Assembly: GCA_032718475.1 (NCBI GenBank)
Contig: JAUCBJ010000777.1
Location: 44,983-108,982 of the forward strand
Direction: 5' to 3'
Source: Nemertoderma westbladi
Taxonomy: Eukaryota > Animalia > Xenacoelomorpha
Length of the DNA: 64,000 nucleotides
The position numbers and the translations under genes were made by a program. The notes under the pieces are model-generated. The model was given only the letters and a program-made list of their open reading frames with translations, was not told the DNA's origin and ran no database searches. Shown here one piece after another: positions 26,101 through 38,939 of the stretch; positions within the stretch are counted from its first letter, which is position 1, and every line of letters begins with the position of its first letter.

Positions 26101-29035
26101 AACATACTGGTGTTACCTTTCTCCTAGAGACGGGTTTTTCACTTACCTTGTTTTCCGGTGTCTTCTCTCTGGACAGTTTCAGGAGCTGTAATTTCACTTC
26201 TCCATCTAGGAATGACATGAGATCAGCCATGGTAGGGTCTCGTCGTTGTTGTTCCATCATATATAACACTTTCTTATCCCAGCGTGTACCTACTCCACCT
26301 TTCGGTAAAGTAGAAGCCACTGCTCTAATAACCATAGTGTTCTGATACTCATGAGACTTGCCTAGCCAATCTAATTGTCTGCAGATCTCCTGGATCTCAT
26401 CGGAAAACTCGATAATTCCACTACTAATAAACTTTCGGGGCGCTACTAACTTTGCATACAAGTACCCAGCGATATTATTCCTATTACCATACCTGATGTT
26501 TAGTGTATCCCAAACTTGTCTTAATCCGTCTGGATGTCCAATAAACTTTAACGCCATTAACTTGGGAGATCCTTCCAAGCACTCGATGAGGTATCTAAGC
26601 TTTTCTCCATTAGATAGTACAGAGTTCTGTATGTTATCTTTGTAATATTCATTAAAAGGTAACCATTTCATCTCATCTCCATTGAACTTGACGATCTCTC
26701 CCACCTTTACCGCTTGCCGGGCTTCGGTTCTAGCCATTTGACGCGTAAAACTTTCTTGGGCCATCGTGTTATTTAATATCGAGTTATCGGTATATAAATT
26801 TCTCGGATTATGATCAGTTCTATAGGGAATATCATTATCAACAGGTCTATAATTACCCTTAATAGGGTTCACTATAGGAGTTTCTACTTCGCTAGCAGTA
26901 TAAATGCGTGTAGGCTCCACACCTTGCGCATGAGATATTTCAGACCTAACGGGTTGACACATTGTTACAGGGGGTGGTGGTATACCCTTTTGTAAATTTA
27001 CTAATTTATCGCGCTCTAGCGCGATATTTTGCTGCACTTCTTGCAACTCTAACTTACTTTCCCTCACTGTTCCCTTTAAATGTTGGACAGTCCCTTCCAA
27101 CTCTCGGACCTGTTGGGAGGAGCGTATCCGATTCTCCTTCATCTCTCCGAGGAGAATATCCATCCCCCGCCGTCTCTTGTCTACCCAATCAACCGCCGAA
27201 ACGGGATCCACCAACGTCGTAGCGGGCAGACGAGGGACAACGGGCGACAAATTTGGAATATTTCGCTCGGGGTCCAGGACCTGAACTGTCTCCTGGGCAG
27301 TTTTACGGGGCACAGGTAGCTTAGTGCTATGCAGAGGGAATTTATAGGTAGCTTCAGGGAGCACAGGTGTATCTATTACCGAAGGGGTGATTTCAAGAAC
27401 AGGCCTACTTATTTCAGGCTCATCTACTATAGTAGGGAGTCTTTCTATTGTAATTATTTGGTCTGTGGGTTCTGTACTCTCTAAGTTGGTGTTATTTAGT
27501 TGCCTTCTAACAGCTGGAGGCAAATCAGGCAATTTCTGACGGTGGAATGTTCTTTTACGTCTGCTTAGGCGGGATCGATTTCCTCCGCCTTCAGTGTCGG
27601 TGGTATCGCCTTCCTCAGATGATGTATAACCTTGTCGTTTGGGAGTAGATCTATTCATCATCTGCATATTACTAGCTGTTAACTGTTTATTAAAGTTATC
27701 TTGCCTCTCTTGAAGATTTTCCAACTCTAGTTGGGTTGTCTCTTCAGATGCCCTCCGTTCTGCTTCTGCCACTGCTATCTTTCTTTCCGCTTCTGCCGCT
27801 GCCGCTGCCTCTGCTGCCTTTCTTTCCGCTTCTGCCGCTGCCACTGCCGCTGCTGCTGTCTTTCTATCTTCTATACGTTTTTTCTTTACTTGTTCTTCTT
27901 GAACCTTGGCGATGCGGAGTTGTTCATCGAATTTAGCTTGGTTCGCCGCTAACCTATCCACATCAATTGCATCTAACACAAGTTTGGCTCCTTCGCTGTT
28001 AGGGCTAAGTCCCTCCAGCCTTCTCCTCAACTCGTCATCTCCTAAAAAACGCTGATAGTCTGACAGATAGATGTCAATGGCATCCTTCTTATGCGGTTTC
28101 TCTGCCGTCGCTTCACTTTCCACTTGGGAAAAAGTAGCGTCTGTTGATTCTCCATGGTTTGAGCGCTCCTCCAACTGAGCTTTCCACTGAGCTGCTCCTT
28201 GAACCTGGCGACTCACCCGTTGAAACCAAGTCTTTACGGCAACTTGCAACGACGTGTCTTGTTTTCTTTTAGAAGCCTCCTCAAAGGCGGATAAGATTAG
28301 CCTAATCCGCAGAACTCTTTCTCTAACTTGATAAAGCAGCTGTCCCTGCTCTTGAGGTCCTTGAGGTTGTTTAAACAGTTGTTTTTCTACTCGCTCCATA
28401 GAGCTGAAGAATCCCTGTGCGTATCCGGCTGCGGACCTCTTCCACACAGCTGGATCGATGGTTTCCTTGGCTACTCCCATCCGGTGTATGTCTTCCCAGG
28501 CAGCTTCTGATAAATCAAATGGGAGTCCGGGTCCGGGGAAGTTCCATTGCGACTCGACAATAGACTTCAATTCTTCCCTCGTGTATCCCGCATAACTATC
28601 TCTAGTTGGTCGTTGACTTCTCGCCCAATCGATCTGGTGTTCTTCCACCGCGATCAATAACCTAGTGAGTACGGCTGCAGGAAGGATGAGAAGGGGATCC
28701 GTATAAACCGCATCCGTCATCTCTGCTCCGCGCTCGGGTGTCAGCTCTACAGTATCCTCACTACTGGAGCTGCTGGGCCGCTGAGTAACAAGCTCCTGAC
28801 TCGCGGGTTATTGCTGTTCCGCTGCTTCTTGGTCCCGCTTGACCTGAGCTCGGGTGCCTATGATAGACCTACGATGTTGGACTAGCCTAGGTTCTGTTAT
28901 TACTACTGGAGGGATGACCTTCCTCACAGTGGGAGGTGAACTGAACTTACGACTAGAGGGTTCTACACCTCTATCTGAGTCGCAGATAGTTACATCTAAT
29001 AGACTGTCTGACAGGTTCTGCTTAGTATCAGACAT
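23175..29035 (-). pseudogene. BEL/Pao gag-pol (Gag, three zinc knuckles, protease, RT, partial RNase H)
   Basis: CALCDGTHHLNRC, CYNCLRQGHQRRTC, CAKCVAKHHILLH, ALLDSGSTGTFI, YMDD; stop at 28808 (CAA>TAA vs copy 1); 8-bp frameshift deletion near 23913; deletion after PRAE. Confidence 0.95.
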
Positions 29036-30761
29036 ATTTGTGAGTACAGTTGAATGCCTACTGCTATATTACAGTCTAAGCAAGTCTAGTAATTCAGTAT
29101 TAACTGCTAGCCTAGTAATTAATTACCGATACTGCTACTCAGTGTAGCATGATATATATAATATATTAAATACCGGTATGCTTATAGTATATATAAGTAT
29201 TATTACAGACTAGGTTTATCACAGAATACCGGTATAATTTTAGCACAAATATATATAAATATATAATAGGCCTATCGGGAATACCGGTATACAGCTTACA
29301 GTTTGTAGTATATATAATTCTGGACTAGAATTAATTACAAGTACCGGTATAATTTCAGCCTAAATTTATAGAAATAAAGATAATAGGCCTATCGTAAATA
29401 CCGGTATATCAATTATTTTAAATAATTGAATTTCTGAACTTTTAGGGTTACTTGGTTACTCTACTTACTTTATTACCGTTATTTGAGCAGTAGTCCAACT
29501 GATATTGAGACCTAATGGTTATATGGTAGGCCTACTATTTATAAATCGTTAGATTTGATTTATAATATATATATACCCGTTTTAATGGGTTTTGTCAATG
29601 TTTGAAATAAATGTTATTATTTCTGGGGAGTAATCACTACACAAAGCGGTGCACTTTCAGTGAAGTGTTACTTATAGGACACTAAAACAAATAATGCTAA
29701 TTTACCTAAGTTACTTAATACTACAAATTACGTACAATTCGGGTGAGATTACAATCTCTAAATAAACACAAAAATTTACAAAAAACACAAAATACGAATT
29801 TTTAGGGTAATTTTACAAGAAGTCTACTAACCAGCCTAACAAAGGGTTAGAAATCTGGTTATTACAACGGACAGGGTACTACGGTATTTGAAATAATAAG
29901 TAGTAGTAAATACACTGCGTTGTCCAGATAGGAAAATACCACCGCCTGACGACCTATAGCCGTATCGCTATAGGTTCTACGTTATGTATCACGGAGTGTT
30001 CCTACCTAGAAGTTAATAGAGCTAATCGAACGTGCCTATCAACCACTTTACAACACAAATATAATGTCTACACTAATTACTTCGGAAAGTACTGTACACT
30101 AAACCCTAAATTAGGTACGAGTACTTGTATAACAGATAATCAGTAGTTAAATATACTTGAACAGCTAAAAGAACCACGGCATCTGCTGGAGTGACCGATG
30201 CACAAAATCACCAGTCTTTACCTACGCCAAGCAGCCCGTGTAGTACCGGGGTTAAGTACGACTTATTCTTTAGTTGGGGGTTTACCTTACAGCATTCGCT
30301 GCCCCTACTTCCTAACCGTACTTAATCGGACAGGTGATCTACACACACTGCAATCCGTTCAGACTTAACAGCAATCAGACAACAGCTCATCCTACAAATT
30401 GTCTGTACAATCTGATCAGGCTTACACGCCTTCTGTTCAATACTGGCCTACAAACAAATAAAACTTGACAGAAATAAGTAAAAATCTCAATAAAAAACCA
30501 GGGCTGCAGTCCCTGATTAATTATTAAGGCCTACCGGTATATAACTATCAAAATCGAATAATACTAATGTACTTATACGGGAAGTACCGGTTAGGACAGT
30601 TAGGCCTACGGACCTACAGAAGTACCGGTTCTGGCAGTTGGACCTACGGACCTACGGCAGTACCGGTTCTGGCAGTTGGGCCTACTGACCTACAGATGTA
30701 CCTTTCAGGTTTACCGGTTGACCGGTACTTTCAACTTTATTGCTTACTGCAATAAAGAAGC

Positions 30762-30773
30762 TATATCCTTTAA
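30762..30773 (-). promoter_or_regulatory. PBS-position 12-mer of BEL copy 2 (complementary to LTR 31549-31560)
   Basis: Same TTAAAGGATATA as copy 1, abutting the LTR. Confidence 0.65.
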
Positions 30774-32062
30774 TTTTCGCGCTTTCAGACCTTTGGCAGT
30801 TTAACCCGTCAAATTAAGATGTCTTCTAGATATTAAATCGCTTTTTAGCCTATGACAAGTATTTGATTCACTACACTAGTCGAAACCAATCTGTGCGCGA
30901 TCATTCACCCGCTGGATATTCCCGGGAGATTGGGTTCGACGGTTTAATTTTATTGCTATGTAAGCCTAATGTATTATTCGACTGACAGTATTATATAATC
31001 TCTGACAATATTATTCACCTTCGGGAATATTAACAGTTCCTTTAGGACGTGGCGCTTTATCTATATAAACAGAGTTATGACTTAAACTACTCACAACGAT
31101 ATGGCTTAATTATAATTCACATATATGGCGCATTCTTTAGGAATTGCTTCTTTAACAGACTCACTCATACACAATGCTGCACAATACTGCACACTAATCT
31201 GCCAATCTTCACTGATTTTAGTCACATATAAAAGGAACACAGACTGACTCATGTAGGGTCTATCAAATAACATTAGATTCACTTCAAACCACTTTAACAT
31301 AAGTCACAATCGTTATTGGTAACCTTTCTCTCTTACCTTCGGTATATCAAGAATATTGGGTTTTCGGGGTTATTTCTCGTTATTCCAATATAATAATTCA
31401 TCAACCAATATAATGAATAACCAACAACAAATAGCAGTATACAGTATTGATTGAGCAGGTAAATTTTAGCAGTTTCAGCAGTTATTAAAAGCCGTGTGTC
31501 AGCAGTATTCACAGATCAGTGATTCCATGAGTTTGGTCGGTATGTCAGTTAAAGGATATATGTCCTTATAATTAAACCTACTAGTGTTGAGCTAAAAAGC
31601 AGAAAAGCACAAAACACTATAAAGCCGTTCTTTCGTGGCTTTGAAAAACTCGTGACTACTGCTCTATACGAGGATACCAACTACCCTTATTCCACGAAGC
31701 TCCCGTTCAACACAGAGAAAGAGCAGTGAGATAGGAAAATTTCAGTTCAGTAGCTCTGTGATAGGTCAAAATCAAGGCTAACTCAAATTCTATTGGCAGA
31801 TACAGAAAGCTGCAACGTGGCAATATCAGCCGTTAGCCGTCGTCATGGTAGCGACACTGTTTTCAAGAGTATCGAGCTTTTTACGTCATGAAATTGCAGA
31901 TTATGTCCTCTAAAGTACAAATACAGTTCAAATACAGAAGAAATGACTTTGATGTCCTCTAAAACACCAGTACAGCAAGGACACGGCCTTTTTATGCCTG
32001 GCAAACCAACTACAGAGTACTTTAAGGGAAAATAACCGGTTAATGACGCAAAAGCTTTTACA
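30774..32062 (-). repeat. 5' LTR of BEL copy 2
   Basis: Direct repeat of 17622-18910; minus-strand AATAAA near 30950. Confidence 0.97.
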
Positions 32063-32562
32063 CAAACAATACCATAATTTTCTATCCAGTCACCCAAACT
32101 ATACCATAATTTGCTATCCAGTCAGCCAAACTATACCATAATTTGCTATCCAGTCACCCAAACAATACCATAATTTTCTATCCAGTCACCCAAACTATAC
32201 CATAATTTGCTATCCAGTCACCCAAACAATGCCATAATTTTCTATCCAGTCACCCAAACTATACCATAATTTGCTATCCAGTCAGCCAAACTATACCATA
32301 ATTTGCTATCCAGTCACCCAAACAATACCATAATTTTCTATCCAGTAACCCAAACTATACCATAATTTGCTATCCAGTCACCCAAACAATACCATAATTT
32401 TCTATCCAGTCACCCAAACTATACCATAATTTGCTATCCAGTCAGCCAAACTATACCATAATTTGCTATCCAGTCACCCAAACAATACCATAATTTTCTA
32501 TCCAGTCACCCAAACTATACCATAATTTGCTATCCAGTCAGCCAAACTATACCATAATTTGC
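32063..32562. repeat. 32-bp satellite, segment 3
   Basis: Same unit, resuming in register after the TSD. Confidence 0.98.
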
Positions 32563-34123
32563 CAATCCATGCCAAACATCCAAGACCAATCGTGCCAGTG
32601 GAGTAGATGGTGTTCCCCCTGAGGTCTTTAAAATACCTGAGTGTTTAAAGCTCATCTATCCCATCATAGTAGACATGTACCGAACAACAAGAGTCCCACA
32701 AGAAATGAAAACAAATAAGTTGGTGCCAGTTCCCAAGAAGGGCAACCTAACACTCTATGGTTCTTTTCGGGGAATCTCATTGATCTTGATTGCTGCAAAG
32801 CTATACAATAGGATTCTATTAAATCGCATCAGGGATCCCATTGAGAGACTGCTCCGTGGAAATCAGAATGGGTTCCGTAAAGGTCGTGGGACCATGGAGC
32901 CCATTTTGGCACTTAGAAGGATAATTGAAGAGTTATCAAAAAAGAAAGACAGGCATCTGGCTGTTATCTTTGTTGACTTCTTCAAGGCCTTTGATTCAGT
33001 CTCTCGCTCACGTATGTTCAGCATACTTTCATTATATGGGATTCCTGATGAAATTATTGCAGCAATCAGATCAGTATGCGATGGTTCGACAACATTTGTG
33101 TCTACTGTTGACGGTGACACAGAACCATTTGAAGTGTTATGGGGCGTCCTCCAAGGAGACACACTTGCACCATTCTTGTTCATTATTGTGGTTGACTATG
33201 TTCTACGCATGTCCTTAGATCATTATAATGATGATGGGGTGATGATAACTCCACCTACTGGCTCCAGAAGTCGAGGAAATCCTGCCAAGTACCTAACTGA
33301 TCTAGACTTTACTGATGACTTAGGAGTACTCTCAGAATCATTAGAGGGAGCCCAACGGCTCCTCAGCTCATTAGAACATGCTGCTTCTAGTGTTGGTATT
33401 TTTATTAACTCCAGAAAGACCAAAATTCTGACAGTTAACTTTGAAAGTCCTCAGCAAGTCTCTGATCGGATGAGCATAAGCTCAAAGGATGGTATGCTTG
33501 AGCATTTGGACGACTTCTGTTACCTGGGATCATGGATCCGGAAGTCAGGTGAGGACCTTCGAATACGTAAGGGAAAGGCATGGGCAGCCTTGAATAGGCT
33601 TTCCAGGATTTGGAAGTAACCGAGAATTAATCGAAAACTTAAGGTCCGATTATTTAGAGCAGCAGTAGTTCCAGTACTCCTCTACGGGAGTCCATGCTGG
33701 GCTCTAACTGCTGAGGACACCAAATCTCTGGATGGCACATTCACAAGAATGCTACGCCGGGTTCATTGTGTCAAGTACAATGCACACATCTCCAACCAGA
33801 CACTATATAACATTGGAGGTGTCTCATTGGTTCCCCCAAGCTTGACACTAGAACAAAATCGCCTCCGCTTTGCAGGACATTGCTTTCGCCGTGAAGACCA
33901 GCCAGTGCATAATCTTGTACTTTGGCAGCCTCATGGAGTGAATAAGCATGGTGGACAGCCCATGACTTTCTTGAGACGCATCTTAAAGGACACTGGCCTT
34001 AAAGATGCGGATGATCTAGCAAATGTCATGGGTGATAGGGAGTTGTGGCGGTGCAATTTTGTTGACAAGCCGGCACAGCATTCTTAAAAATGCAGCTGCA
34101 ATGCAGCATGCCGATCCTCCTAG
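32563..34123 (+). mobile_element. 5'-truncated RTE-clade LINE (RT domain, decayed)
   Basis: VPVPKKG, FRGISL, NQNGFRKGR, FVDFFKAFDSV, GVLQGDTLAPFLF, DFTDD, RLRFAGHCFR; internal stop at 33619; 9-bp TSD ATAATTTGC at 32554-32562 and 34124-34132. Confidence 0.93.
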
Positions 34124-37100
34124 ATAATTTGCTATACAGTCTCCCAAACTATACCATAATTTGCTATCCAGTCACCCAAACTATACCATAATTTGCTATC
34201 CAGTCACCCAAACTATACCTAAATTTGCTATCCAGTCACCCAAACTATACCATAATTTGCTATCCAGTCAGCCAAACTATACCATAATTTGCTATCCAGT
34301 CTCCCAAACTATACCATAATTTGCTATCCAGTCACCCAAACTATACCATAATTTGCTATCCAGTCACCCAAACTATACCATAATTTGCTATCCAGTCTCC
34401 CAAACTATACCATAATTTGCTATCCAGTCACCCAAACAATACCATAATTTGCTATCCAGTCACCCAAACTATACCATAATTTGCTATCCAGTCACCCAAA
34501 CTATACCATAATTTGCTATCCAGTCAGCCAAACTATACCATAATTTGCTATCCAGTCACCCACACAATACCATAATTTGCTATCCAGTCACCCAAACAAT
34601 ACCATAATTTGCTATCCAGTCACCCAAACTATACCATAATTTGCTATCCAGTCACCCAAACAATACCATAATTTGCTATCCAGTCACCCAAACTATACCA
34701 TAATTTGCTATCCAGTCACCCAAACTATACCATAATTTGCTATCCAGTCACCCAAACAATACCATAATTTGCTATCCAGTCACCCAAACTATACCATAAT
34801 TTGCTATCCAGTCTCCCAAACTATACCATAATTTGCTATCCAGTCACCCAAACTATACCATAATTTGCTATCCAGTCAGCCAAACTATACCATAATTTGC
34901 TATCCAGTCTCCCAAACTATACCATAATTTGCTATCCAGTCACCCAAACTATACCATAATTTGCTATCCAGTCACCCAAACAATACCATAATTTGCTATC
35001 CAGTCACCCAAACAATACCATAATTTGCTATCCAGTCACCCAAACTATACCATAATTTGCTATCCAGTCACCCAAACTATACCATAATTTGCTATACAGT
35101 CACCCAAACTATACCATAATTTGCTATCCTGTCACCCAAACTATACCATAATTTTCTATCCAGTCACCCAAACTATACCATAATTTGCTATCCAGTCACC
35201 CAAACTATACCATAATTTGCTATCCAGTCACCCAAACAATACCATAATTTGCTATCCAGTCACCCAAACTATACCATAATTTGCTATCCAGTCACCCAAA
35301 CTATACCATAATTTGCTATCCAGTCACCCAAACAATACCATAATTTGCTATCCAGTCACCCAAACTATACCATAATTTTCTATCCAGTCTCCCAAACTAT
35401 ACCATAATTTGCTATCCAGTCACCCAAACTATACCATAATTTGCTATCCAGTCAGCCAAACTATACCATAATTTGCTATCCAGTCTCCCAAACTATACCA
35501 TAATTTGCTATCCAGTCACCCAAACTATACCATAATTTGCTATCCAGTCACCCAAACAATACCATAATTTGCTATCCAGTCACCCAAACAATACCATAAT
35601 TTGCTATCCAGTCACCCAAACTATACCATAATTTGCTATCCAGTCACCCAAACTATACCATAATTTGCTATACAGTCACCCAAACTATACCATAATTTGC
35701 TATCCTGTCACCCAAACTATACCATAATTTTCTATCCAGTCACCCAAACTATACCATAATTTGCTATCCAGTCACCCAAACTATACCATAATTTGCTATC
35801 CAGTCAGCCAAACTATACCATAATTTTCTATCCAGTCACCCAAACTATACCATAATTTGCTATCCAGTCACCCAAACTATACCATAATTTGCTATCCAGT
35901 CACCCAAACTATACCATAATTTGCTATCCAGTCTCCCAAACTATACCATAATTTGCTATCCAGTCACCCAAACTATACCATAATTTGCTATCCAGTCAGC
36001 CAAACTATACCATAATTTTCTATCCAGTCACCCAAACTATACCATAATTTGCTATCCAGTCACCCAAACTATACCATAATTTGCTATACAGTCACCCAAA
36101 CTATACCATAAATTGCTATCCTGTCACCCAAACTATCCCATAATTTGCTATCCAGTCACCCAAACTATACCATAATTTGCTATCCAGTCACCCAAACAAT
36201 ACCATAATTTGCTATCCAGTCACCCAAACAATACCATAATTTGCTATCCAGTCACCCAAACTATACCATAATTTGCTATCCAGTCACCCAAACTATACCA
36301 TAATTTGCTATCCAGTCACCCAAACTATACCATAATTTGCTATCCTGTCACCCCAAACTATACCATAATTTGCTATCCAGTCACCCCAAACTATACCATA
36401 ATTTGCTATCCAGTCTCCCAAACTATACCATAATTTGCTATCCAGTCACCCCAAACTATACCATAAATTGCTATCCTGTCACCCAAACTATACCATAATT
36501 TGCTATACAGTCACCCAAACTATACCATAAATTGCTATCCTGTCACCCAAACTATACCATAATTTGCTATCCAGTCACCCAAACTCATACCATAATTTGC
36601 TATACAGTCACCCAAACTATACCATAATTTGCTATCCTGTCACCCAAACTATACCATAATTTGCTATCCAGTCACCCAAACTATACCATAATTTGCTATC
36701 CAGTCTCCCAAACTATACCATAATTTGCTATCCAGTCACCCAAACTATACCATAATTTGCTATCACAGTTCACCCAAACTATACCATAAATTGCTATCCT
36801 GTCACCCAAACTATACCATAATTTGCTATCCAGTCACCCACACAATACCATAATTTGCTATCCAGTCACCCAAACTATACCATAATTTGCTATACAGTCA
36901 CCCAAACTATACCATAATTTGCTATCCTGTCACCCAAACTATACCATAATTTGCTATCCAGTCACCCCAAACTATACCATAATTTGCTATCCAGTCAGCC
37001 AAACTATACCATAATTTGCTATCCAGTCAGCCAAACTATACCATAATATGCTATCCAGTCAGCCAAACTATACCATAATTTGCTATCCAGTCAGCCAAAC

Positions 37101-38939
37101 TATACCATAATTTGCTATCCAGTCAGCCAAACTATACCATAATTTGCTATCCAGTCCACCCACACAATACCATAATTTGCTATCCAGTCACCCAAACTAT
37201 ACCATAATTTGCTATCCAGTCAGCCAAACTATACCATAATTTGCTATCCTGTCACCCAAACTATACCATAATTTGCTATACAGTCACCCAAACTATACCA
37301 TAAATTGCTATCCTGTCACCCAAACTATACCATAATTTGCTATCCAGTCACCCAAACTATACCATAATTTGCTATACAGTCACCCAAACTATACCATAAT
37401 TTGCTATCCTGTCACCCAAACTATACCATAATTTGGCTATCCAGTCACCCAAACTATACCATAATTTGCTATCCAGTCAGCCAAACTATACCATAATTTG
37501 CTATCCAGTCAGCCAAACTATACCATAATATGCTATCCAGTTCAGCCAAACTATACCATAATTTGCTATCCAGTCAGCCAAACTATACCATAATTTGCTA
37601 TCCAGTCACCCACACTATACCATAATTTGCTATCCAGTCACCCAAACTATACCATAATTTGCTATCCAGTCAGCCAAACTATACCATAATTTGCTATCCA
37701 GTCTCCCAAACTATACCATAATTTGCTATCCAGTCACCCAAACTATACCATAATTTGCTATCCAGTCACCCAAACTATACCATAATTTGCTATCCAGTCA
37801 CCCAAACTATACCATAATTTGCTATCCAGTCACCCAAACAATACCATAATTTGCTATCCAGTCACCCAAACAATACCATAATTTGCTATCCAGTCACCCA
37901 AACTATACCATAATTTGCTATCCAGTCACCCAAACTATACCATAATTTGCTATACAGTCAGCCAAACTATACCATAATTTGCTATCCTGTCACCCAAACT
38001 ATACCATAATTTGCTATCCAGTCACCCAAACTATACCATAATTTGCTATCCAGTCTCCCAAACTATACCATAATTTGCTATCCAGTCACCCAAACTATAC
38101 CATAATTTGCTATACAGTCACCCAAACTATACCATAAATTGCTATCCTGTCACCCAAACTATACCATAATTTGCTATCCAGTCACCCAAACTATACCATA
38201 ATTTGCTATCCAGTCACCCAAACTATACCATAATTTACTATCCAGTCAGCCAATCTATACCATAATTTGCTATCCAGTCAGCCAAACTATACCATAATTT
38301 GCTATCCAGTTAGCCAAACTATACCATAATTTTCTATCCAGTCTCCCAAACTATACCATAATTTGCTATCCAGTCAGCCAAACTATACCATAATTTGCTA
38401 TCCAGTCACCCAAACTATACCATAATTTGCTATCCTGTCACCCAAACTATACCATAATTTGCTATCCAGTCACCCAAACTATACCATAATTTGCTATCCA
38501 GTCTCCCAAACTATACCATAATTTGCTATCCAGTCACCCAAACTATACCATAATTTGCTATACAGTCACCCAAAGTATACCATAAATTGCTATCCTGTCA
38601 CCCAAACTATACCATAATTTGCTATCCAGTCACCCAAACTATACCATAATTTGCTATCCAGTCACCCAAACAATACCATAATTTGCTATCCAGTCAGCCA
38701 AACTATACCATAATTTGCTATCCAGTTAGCCAAACTATACCATAATTTTCTATCCAGTCTCCCAAACTATACCATAATTTGCTATCCAGTCAGCCAAACT
38801 ATACCATAATTTGCTATCCAGTCACCCAAACAATACCATAATTTGCTATCCAGTCACCCAAACTATACCACAATTTGCTATCCAGTCACCCAAACTATAC
38901 CATAATTTGATATCCAGTCACCCAAACTATACCATAATT
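34124..38939. repeat. 32-bp satellite, segment 4 (~150 copies)
   Basis: Same unit; ends in unique sequence ataattcgcatatc. Confidence 0.98.

Larger units (their letters stand above)
17622..32062 (-). mobile_element. BEL/Pao LTR retrotransposon, copy 2: both LTRs present, 14.4 kb, coding-defective
   Basis: Paired 1289-bp LTRs; TSD CAAAC at 17617-17621 and 32063-32067; domain order Gag-3 zinc knuckles-PR-RT-RNase H-IN. Confidence 0.97.

Noticed and set aside
16054-38939. 32-bp repeats as a CRISPR array
   Set aside because: Head-to-tail monomers without unique spacers, no cas genes, eukaryotic context
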